Shown in pieces: positions 1-6,136 of a stretch of DNA of 27,392 bases. This DNA is from a virus (taxonomy: Duplodnaviria; Caudoviricetes): the IMG/VR virus record IMGVR_UViG_3300037465_000378, positions 1 to 27,392 of that record; one strand, 5' to 3'. Positions within the stretch are counted from its first letter, which is position 1; every line of letters begins with the position of its first letter. The notes under the pieces were generated by a model that saw nothing but the letters and a program-made list of their open reading frames with translations, did no database searches and was not told the DNA's origin. The translations under genes and the position numbers were made by a program.

Positions 1-121
1 CTCCAAGGTCCCCGAACCTAAGCGGACGGAGACGGTGCTCTTTGCCGCTCAGGTCCTTGATGACGACAGCATTTTCACCGAGCGCGGCGCTGATCGAACC
101 TGCCTGCGGAACGTCTGCCAT
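1..121 (-). CDS. Probable tail assembly chaperone, N-terminal part (runs off the window)
   Basis: ATG at 121 with GGGGAGAG upstream. Reads MADVPQAGSISAALGENAVVIKDLSGKEHRLRPLRFGDLG. Lies directly downstream of the tail tube gene; the 'GKEHRLRPL' pattern is typical of tail chaperones. Confidence 0.55.
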   Translation of the reverse strand, partial: MADVPQAGSISAALGENAVVIKDLSGKEHRLRPLRFGDLG

Positions 122-148
122 GGCTTCTCTCCCCGAAAAGTTAGTCGT

Positions 149-1114
149 TTAAACTGCGGCTGAGTTCTCGTTTTGAACCTCAATGGTCAGCTCGTTTTCG
201 TTCGTCGTGTCGTAAAACGCTTCGAAACTGACTGGAATGACGAGCGGACCCTCAGTGTCCGCCTGCGCTTGCGCTTCCACCAACTCGACAACGGGCATCG
301 TGAACTTCGTGTAATACTTGTAGGAACCCGTGATTGTCAGACCGTTAACGGTGATTGTCAACGCCCGACGAGTAGCATTCCGCCAGTCAGACCAAAGACT
401 GGCGTCCTCGAGCTCGACTCGGAAGCTGCCGGAAACGCGCCGCTTTCCGTTGCGGAGAGGCTCGCTGGTGAAACGCGAGTTCACGAAGTTGCGGACCGTC
501 AAAGCGTTCTCGACCGAGATCGAGAAGTCAATCACGTTCAGCGTCGTACCGCCGAAGGTTGCTGTCGTGTCCGTCAACGGAGGAATATTTCCTTCCGTCA
601 GCGACTCCCCTGAATCCGAGATGCTCGAGCTCTGGCGGCCGATGATCGAAACCGAGCAGTCGAGCAAGGCACCCGCCGATCCCGCGAACCGCATGCCTGT
701 GACTTTGCAGCCATCGAAAAGGTGGGAGAGAACGTCCTTGCCTACCTCAAGCGACAATCCCGTAGGCAACGCATCAGCAGGAGTGAACGAATGCCGGTAG
801 ACGGTCGGTGCTGCCGTTGTGTCCGGCTGGCTCGAAGACACCGTACCCATCAAGTGCTTCAGAAGCATTGTGTAGGCATGGTAGCTGAGCCCGGGGTTGA
901 AGCTAAAATCTCCGGACACGCCAACCAGACCCTGCACCTGCCGCGCCGCATTCCGCCCGACTTTGTGCAGGGCTCCAGCGAAGTTCTTGTTCTCGATCGC
1001 GCGGATGCTTTCCGTGTTATGGAAAAGCCAGCGCGTTCGCGCAACGGAAGTTCCGTACACGCTCTCCTCGCCAAGACCGATCCATGCGTCTTGAACGCCA
1101 ACGCCTGTAGGCAT
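149..1114 (-). CDS. Major tail tube protein
   Basis: 321 aa, beta-rich. N-terminal 'IGLGEESVYGT', plus 'SLEVG', 'FDGCKV', 'DFSISVENAL', 'RRVSGSF' motifs of siphoviral tail tube proteins. SD AAGGAG. Follows the terminator gene. Confidence 0.85.
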   Translation of the reverse strand: MPTGVGVQDAWIGLGEESVYGTSVARTRWLFHNTESIRAIENKNFAGALHKVGRNAARQVQGLVGVSGDFSFNPGLSYHAYTMLLKHLMGTVSSSQPDTTAAPTVYRHSFTPADALPTGLSLEVGKDVLSHLFDGCKVTGMRFAGSAGALLDCSVSIIGRQSSSISDSGESLTEGNIPPLTDTTATFGGTTLNVIDFSISVENALTVRNFVNSRFTSEPLRNGKRRVSGSFRVELEDASLWSDWRNATRRALTITVNGLTITGSYKYYTKFTMPVVELVEAQAQADTEGPLVIPVSFEAFYDTTNENELTIEVQNENSAAV

Positions 1115-1126
1115 GTTGCTTTCTCC

Positions 1127-1636
1127 TTATTTGAACATCAGCGTCCGCACTTCCCAGTTGAAGGCGGAGGCGAGAAGTCGTGCTTCAGCCTGCACAAGAT
1201 AATTCTCTTCCGGAGCTTGGTATTCCCACTCACGTACTACACTCCAAACCACCTCTCCTTTAGCGGGAGTGCCAAAGTCAAGTGTACCACTTTGATTGAG
1301 TTCTATATCACTTACAACCACGTCCATGATCTGCTCTAGCTTCGCGCGAATGTGCTCAACGGTTACGCCTTCTTCAAGGCGTGCGACCCAGAACACGCGA
1401 TACCGATAGTACACGTGGTAGCGTTGGTTGAGCGTCGCGAAGTCCGACCTTCCATTAAGAGGCTTGATGAAAATACCCGGGACAATTTCGCTGATGATTT
1501 CGCTTTCCGTGGGGAATGGATCAAGGTCTCCATAATGACACGCCTTGAGGCTAAGAGAAGACTCTAGTTCCGTTTTCATGCGATCACGCATGTATTCGCC
1601 AATTTTCCGTGTGAAATAGTGGACAGCATCAGGCAT
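1127..1636 (-). CDS. Putative tail terminator / tail completion protein
   Basis: 169 aa, immediately upstream of the tail tube; TAATG-coupled to the preceding gene. Confidence 0.6.
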   Translation of the reverse strand: MPDAVHYFTRKIGEYMRDRMKTELESSLSLKACHYGDLDPFPTESEIISEIVPGIFIKPLNGRSDFATLNQRYHVYYRYRVFWVARLEEGVTVEHIRAKLEQIMDVVVSDIELNQSGTLDFGTPAKGEVVWSVVREWEYQAPEENYLVQAEARLLASAFNWEVRTLMFK

Positions 1637-1989
1637 TAGGTCACCTTATAAGTTGCACGGCACTGCCACGTACGAGAGTCTACGTTCATGACTTCGAGCA
1701 CGTCGTAGGTCTGATCAAGTACTGTATCCTTAATGCGATCGCCTACTCGGATTTCCGATCCTTCTGGGATGAAATCCGCATCGATGTTGATGATCACCAT
1801 GCGCCGTTTGACATCGCCGACAAGCGCAAGATCAACCTTGTTCACCGAACTCTCCTTGATGGCAGCCTCGAGCGCTGTCAACCCGCTCACTGCCGCGTAC
1901 GTTGGGATTTTCTGGAGTGTCCCAGCAGCGTTCGCAATGCTGCAGCGTTCTATATTTACTGTACTCGTATGAAAGCGTCGGCCCGGCAT
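1636..1989 (-). CDS. Putative head closure (stopper) protein
   Basis: Start reassigned to ATG at 1989 (TAATG overlap with the upstream stop), 117 aa. 'IRVGDRIKD...YDVLEV' C-terminal pattern is typical of head-closure proteins. Confidence 0.65.
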   Translation of the reverse strand: MPGRRFHTSTVNIERCSIANAAGTLQKIPTYAAVSGLTALEAAIKESSVNKVDLALVGDVKRRMVIINIDADFIPEGSEIRVGDRIKDTVLDQTYDVLEVMNVDSRTWQCRATYKVT

Positions 1990-2486
1990 TAGCGGTATCC
2001 TCCACCAACGGCAAGCTTGGCATCGCGAATGGCGGTCCGGGTAAGTGCCGAGGACTTCTCCTTGACAACCTCGAACGCGCGCGTCACGTAGCGCCTCGCC
2101 GGGATGCGCACGGCGGGAACGCAGATGTAACGGTTGGAACCTTCCGGTTTGAAGTACAAACACCGTGCACGAACAGGCACGATTCTCGTAAACGTTGCAT
2201 AAGGGTCGTCAGGACCTTCGTGGATTCGCGCGTACTTCGAGTTCACGCGGATCAGAACGAACAGCTGCGTCTGCCCGAACCCCCCACCCTTTTCCACTTT
2301 CGGTTGAACGCTCCACGCGGTTACGAGCGCGCCCGTGCGCTTGCGGAGAATCTTGCCGGAAATGTTGATTTTCACCTGATTTTGCAGCTCTTCGGCGTGA
2401 TAGAGCAACGCCTTCTTCTGAACATCTTCTATGAACGGATAAAGCGTTTTGGGAAGATTGTCCGTTATCTGGATAGTGAGTTGCAT
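1989..2486 (-). CDS. HK97 gp10-like neck / tail-component protein
   Basis: 'RTGAL', 'KYARIHEG', 'LYF', 'VRIPARRYVTRAF' motifs of the gp10 / virion morphogenesis family. Confidence 0.75.
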   Translation of the reverse strand: MQLTIQITDNLPKTLYPFIEDVQKKALLYHAEELQNQVKINISGKILRKRTGALVTAWSVQPKVEKGGGFGQTQLFVLIRVNSKYARIHEGPDDPYATFTRIVPVRARCLYFKPEGSNRYICVPAVRIPARRYVTRAFEVVKEKSSALTRTAIRDAKLAVGGGYR

Positions 2487-3064
2487 TATGAGCTCTCCAC
2501 GAGGTTCATCTCCTGCTCGAGGAGAGCGGCAACGTCTGCCGTAATCACAGGCTCGTACGAATAGGACACGTTCCCAAGGGAAGCTCCCTGCTGACCGTCG
2601 TCCTTGCGCTTGTTGAAAACGGCTGCAACGAGCTTGTTCGCCGCGAGAACGACGTTTGGCGGGAGGCTCGCAATGTCGGTGTACCCCGCTGAGTAGACCA
2701 CCTTGATGTTCCCACGTCCCTCAGAAAGCGTGACGTCGAACTTAATGATCCCACGATCCGTGTCCACATAGTAGTCTGCGGAATTCACGAGCGTACTTGC
2801 GGGGAACACGCGCGCATAATCGTCATGCACCGACGTAACAGACACAACCGGATGCTTTCGGAGAACAAGCTCCCGCTGCCGCTTACCGTCGTAGAACTCG
2901 GTCACGGAGCCCGTGGAAATGAAAACACGTTGGCAGTACTTGTCGATAGCTTTGGAGCATTGGGTGATCAAGGAGTTCAGGATGTCGTTCCAGGTTGAGT
3001 TTGTGCTCGAGAGCTGCAAGTACTCCTTAACACGCGCGAGCGTTGTCAGGTCCGCAGCAGCCAT
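2486..3064 (-). CDS. Head-tail connector (HK97 gp6 / phiE125 gp8-like adaptor)
   Basis: 'LTTLARVKEYL', 'IDKYCQRVF', 'PVVSVTSV', 'IKVVYSAGY', 'LPPNVVLAA' motifs. Confidence 0.85.
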   Translation of the reverse strand: MAAADLTTLARVKEYLQLSSTNSTWNDILNSLITQCSKAIDKYCQRVFISTGSVTEFYDGKRQRELVLRKHPVVSVTSVHDDYARVFPASTLVNSADYYVDTDRGIIKFDVTLSEGRGNIKVVYSAGYTDIASLPPNVVLAANKLVAAVFNKRKDDGQQGASLGNVSYSYEPVITADVAALLEQEMNLVESS

Positions 3065-3714
3065 TAGAGGCCCTCCTTCGCGCGGAAGTCGGCTTCGGCC
3101 TTCTGCAGCTCTCGGTAATACTCGCCCTTGCGCTCAACGCGATCGCGGTCACGCAGCATCTGAAGGTGGTCCAACCGCAACCCTGGGAAGATTTTCAGGT
3201 GATCCTTTTTTGGGTGAATCAAACGCGGGCCGATGTGTACGGCATGATGCGCTCCAAAATAACGAATCCCTCTGCGATGCTGGAACAAGCGATGGATCGG
3301 GTACGGTTTGATGTGGTCGTTTACGCGGCTGAGCACGACAAGCCAGTCCGTTTGCTTCGCGAGTTCATCGCGATTGATGTGCACGGTCCCGGTTGGGGTT
3401 TCGTCGGCATCGCATACTAGATAATAGTCTCCAGGTTGTCCAACCTGTAGATACTGAGAGCGCTTCTGGATCTCGTTGAACCACGGCACGGGCTTGCCGG
3501 TGATGTCCTTGCGGCAAAAGATGATGTGGTCTGCATACTCCTGAGCGAGCGCGAGAGAGTCGTCCGTGCTCTCGGGGTCGTCGTTGTAGAGAGGAAACCC
3601 CGAGTAAGCGCCGTCAACAACCACCAAGAAATCGACAAGCCGCCTTAGTGCTGGAAGCGAATGCTTCAGCATGTCTACGTCTTGGTAGCAGTTCACTGCT
3701 CCAATCAGGCGCAT
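3064..3714 (-). CDS. Glycosyltransferase (GT-A fold, GT2-like)
   Basis: 216 aa with 'LVVVDG..S....STDDS', 'KRSQYL', a DxD motif 'YYLVCDADE', and 'RLF...GIRY.G.HH'. Confidence 0.8.
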   Translation of the reverse strand: MRLIGAVNCYQDVDMLKHSLPALRRLVDFLVVVDGAYSGFPLYNDDPESTDDSLALAQEYADHIIFCRKDITGKPVPWFNEIQKRSQYLQVGQPGDYYLVCDADETPTGTVHINRDELAKQTDWLVVLSRVNDHIKPYPIHRLFQHRRGIRYFGAHHAVHIGPRLIHPKKDHLKIFPGLRLDHLQMLRDRDRVERKGEYYRELQKAEADFRAKEGL

Positions 3715-3733
3715 GCTTGTCTTGAAAACCTCC

Positions 3734-3853
3734 GATCGGCGGAGGGGTCATCGCTCGAGGGAACTTCGGGCCGCGATGGCATACGGGAGGGAACGTGGTT
3801 GTGGTTGGGGTTGTGGACGTCAGGGGGTTCCCAGCGCTCGCCCTCCGCCGATC
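3734..3853. repeat. Long inverted repeat / stem-loop between the capsid and glycosyltransferase genes
   Basis: Perfect 13-bp arms GATCGGCGGAGGG (3734-3746) and CCCTCCGCCGATC (3841-3853), plus an inner GGGAAC (3759-3764) / GTTCCC (3827-3832) pair. Confidence 0.75.
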
Positions 3854-3874
3854 TTCGGTTGTCAGTCCTCCTTG

Positions 3875-5197
3875 TTACGCGAGGTCAATGTCGATGCCAG
3901 CGACCGTGTGCTTGTCGGCCGTCTGCCACGTGTTGAACGCACCTCTCCAGGCCGCGATCAGGTGCCGCTGGCGGAAGAGCGGGTTGGTCCAGAGCTCCAT
4001 TTCCATGTCGCTCCGAACGCCCATCGTCCACTGCGCACGGTTGCAGATGATGAGCGAGCCGTTGTTCGTCGTCGTGCCGTCGTAGACACCCGAGGTGTTC
4101 AGATCCTCGCGCATCTGGTCGGAAACGATCACTGACATTCCGTCCAGCTTCGCCACCTCTCCCGTCAGCACGTAGGCGTTGTCGCCGTACTTGTCGCGGG
4201 TGATCACGTCAGCGTGGTTCGCGATGTGCCGGAGGTACACCGCAGGACCGGTGATCAGGACACACTCGCTCGGCTCGACACCGTACTTGCCCATCTTGCT
4301 GCGGAGCGTGCGAATGTTCGCGGCGCTGAACGAGGAGAGCGAGTCGCTGTCCGCCGCCAGAGCGTGGAAACGAAGGCCACGGAACGCCTTGCGCCGGTCA
4401 GTCGCAGCCGTCACGTCGGAGTGCTGATGCGTGCCGGACGTGTCGCCTTCGATGAAAGCGCTTTCGGTGCCCTTGCCCATGTCGTTCGCCAGCTTCTTGC
4501 GGAGCCGGGGAGCAATACTGACAACGGCGTCCTCTTCGAGCTCGTAGCTGAACGGAATGCGCGCGCCCAGCGTCTTGGCCGTCAGAGTGAGCTTGCCGGT
4601 CGTTGGACTGCCGTCAGACACCCGCGTCGCCGAAGCCTCGTCTGCCGTGTTCTCGGAAATGAGGAAGATCGTGCAAAGCGAGTTGTCGTACGGAACGTCG
4701 TAAGTCGGCGTCGGCATGCGAATCGGGTCGAACAGCATCGGAACTTTCGCCGCGAGCGAGTAGAACTCGATGAACGTTCCCGACATGTTGCCACGCGGGA
4801 CCCACTCAGAACCGTCGGTGCTCGTGGACGTGTCGAGCGCCTTACGCATCGGCGCGCCCTTCTTCATGTTCCGGTTCCAGTACTTGCTCTCCTGGAGCCG
4901 CTCATCGGACCACCCCAGCACGCCCTTCAGCAGAAGGCAAGTGTCGTTGAAGTCGTGAATGCGCTTCGCTTCACCGTTCTCCGCCTTCTCCATGATGATC
5001 TGATCCACGGAATCCGGGTCGGCATCGAACCACATTCCATCGGGCGGGATCACGTGCGCACTTTTGCGCATCGGTTCCGGCTTCGGCGTGGTTCCATCGC
5101 GACGCGGCGCAGGCTCAGACCGCTTCGAGGGAGAGGAGCTCACGAGAGCGCTTGTGCGCGCCTTCATCTCGCGAAGCTCTGCCATTGAGACAACCAT
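3875..5197 (-). CDS. Major capsid protein (HK97 fold) with N-terminal delta/scaffold region
   Basis: 440 aa. 'RK|ALDTSTSTDGSEWVP' resembles a maturation junction; 'LTAKTLGARIPFSYELEEDA', 'AFIEGD' and 'KLDGMSVIVSDQM' are HK97-family MCP motifs. SD GAGGAG. Confidence 0.93.
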   Translation of the reverse strand: MVVSMAELREMKARTSALVSSSPSKRSEPAPRRDGTTPKPEPMRKSAHVIPPDGMWFDADPDSVDQIIMEKAENGEAKRIHDFNDTCLLLKGVLGWSDERLQESKYWNRNMKKGAPMRKALDTSTSTDGSEWVPRGNMSGTFIEFYSLAAKVPMLFDPIRMPTPTYDVPYDNSLCTIFLISENTADEASATRVSDGSPTTGKLTLTAKTLGARIPFSYELEEDAVVSIAPRLRKKLANDMGKGTESAFIEGDTSGTHQHSDVTAATDRRKAFRGLRFHALAADSDSLSSFSAANIRTLRSKMGKYGVEPSECVLITGPAVYLRHIANHADVITRDKYGDNAYVLTGEVAKLDGMSVIVSDQMREDLNTSGVYDGTTTNNGSLIICNRAQWTMGVRSDMEMELWTNPLFRQRHLIAAWRGAFNTWQTADKHTVAGIDIDLA

Positions 5198-5255
5198 CTT
5201 GAGAACTCCTCGTTGTGGCCTTGACCTCTCCCCAGAGTTGGCCGGTTAGGTGTTG

Positions 5256-5624
5256 CTACGACAGGAAACCCTCTCCCTTGCACTTCACGCACGGCTGGCT
5301 GTTCACCGTCTTCACCCCGATGCAGACCGGGCAGATCTTCTCACCCTTGAGCAGGCGCTCCGTCTTCTCGAGTGCCTCGCGCGCGAGCTCGACAGCTTCG
5401 TCGCGCTCCTTCGCGCATTCCTCGTAGGCCTTGGCAAGCTCTTCGAACGTGTTGTGGCACGCATCGATGTGCTCCGCAGCCTGCTCTACGTCGTTCGGAC
5501 GCTCGTACACCTTCGGCGGACGAAATGCCTTTGACATTTTCGTTCCGCTCGTGCTGAGTTTCTCGTGGAGCGACTTCGTGCTCGCCGAGATGGCCTTCAG
5601 CACACTCGCGCTGACTTCCGGCAT
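5256..5624 (-). CDS. Coiled-coil, scaffold-like protein with C-terminal CxxC-x-G..CxxC-x-GxG zinc finger
   Basis: Start reassigned to ATG at 5624 (SD AGAGGAGG), 122 aa. Helical heptad region, then CPVCIG...CVKCKGEG. Confidence 0.6.
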   Translation of the reverse strand: MPEVSASVLKAISASTKSLHEKLSTSGTKMSKAFRPPKVYERPNDVEQAAEHIDACHNTFEELAKAYEECAKERDEAVELAREALEKTERLLKGEKICPVCIGVKTVNSQPCVKCKGEGFLS

Positions 5625-5684
5625 TGTTGTTCCTCCTCTGGAACAGATGTCTAACGCGAACGGGACCACCCCGCTCTCGGCGTT

Positions 5685-6125
5685 TTACTTCACGTGCTTT
5701 TGCAGCAGGTCAAGGACTCCTTTTTCATCGAAATCCCCTGTCTCAAGTGGAGATTCCTCGGATTTCTGGAGGTACTTCTCTTCGAACTTTTTCAATGGGC
5801 GCATGACCTCGTCGCCCTTTACCTGTAGAGTAAGGTCTTCCATCTCGGGGTCTTCGCTGTATTCCTCGTCGAACATGTCGCTCGTTTTCGCTGCCGCTTC
5901 GCGCGCGTCTGCGTCGTCAGAAGCAGTCGCGCGACGCGCGGCAGCACGCGGATCGTCCGCAGCCTTGTAAAGAAGGAATCGTTCGCCGTTCGCTGCCTTG
6001 TCTACGACGCTGATTTCCGACACCTTGAGGTCGGTGATTCGGCGGCCTTTCTTCTTCGACGGCTTCAGCTTTGCGCCGCCCTCGTTCTCTTCCTCGTCTT
6101 CCATCATCTCATCACGCGTCGGCAT
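5685..6125 (-). CDS. Acidic scaffold-like protein carrying the 'EISVVDxAAN' prohead-protease strand
   Basis: 146 aa. 'ITDLKVSEISVVDKAANGERFLLYKA' matches the E-V-S-x-V-x-x-P-A-N element of HK97/XkdF-type prohead proteases. SD AAGGAG. Confidence 0.65.
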   Translation of the reverse strand: MPTRDEMMEDEEENEGGAKLKPSKKKGRRITDLKVSEISVVDKAANGERFLLYKAADDPRAAARRATASDDADAREAAAKTSDMFDEEYSEDPEMEDLTLQVKGDEVMRPLKKFEEKYLQKSEESPLETGDFDEKGVLDLLQKHVK

Positions 6126-6136
6126 TTCGCTTCTCC

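Noticed and set aside
1636-2486. Swapped order of gp10-like and head-closure genes relative to HK97
   Set aside because: Neck gene order is variable among siphoviruses and the stopper assignment is only moderately confident.
3734-3853. Rho-independent terminator after the capsid gene
   Set aside because: Loop region far too long and no immediate U-tract; kept only as a structured element.
4214-5188. Long plus-strand ORFs antisense to the capsid gene (likewise 7358-8746, 9821-10690, 11822-12862, 19051-20046)
   Set aside because: Typical antisense shadows of GC-rich genes with no recognisable motifs, unlike 14594-15469, which has its own domains and SD.
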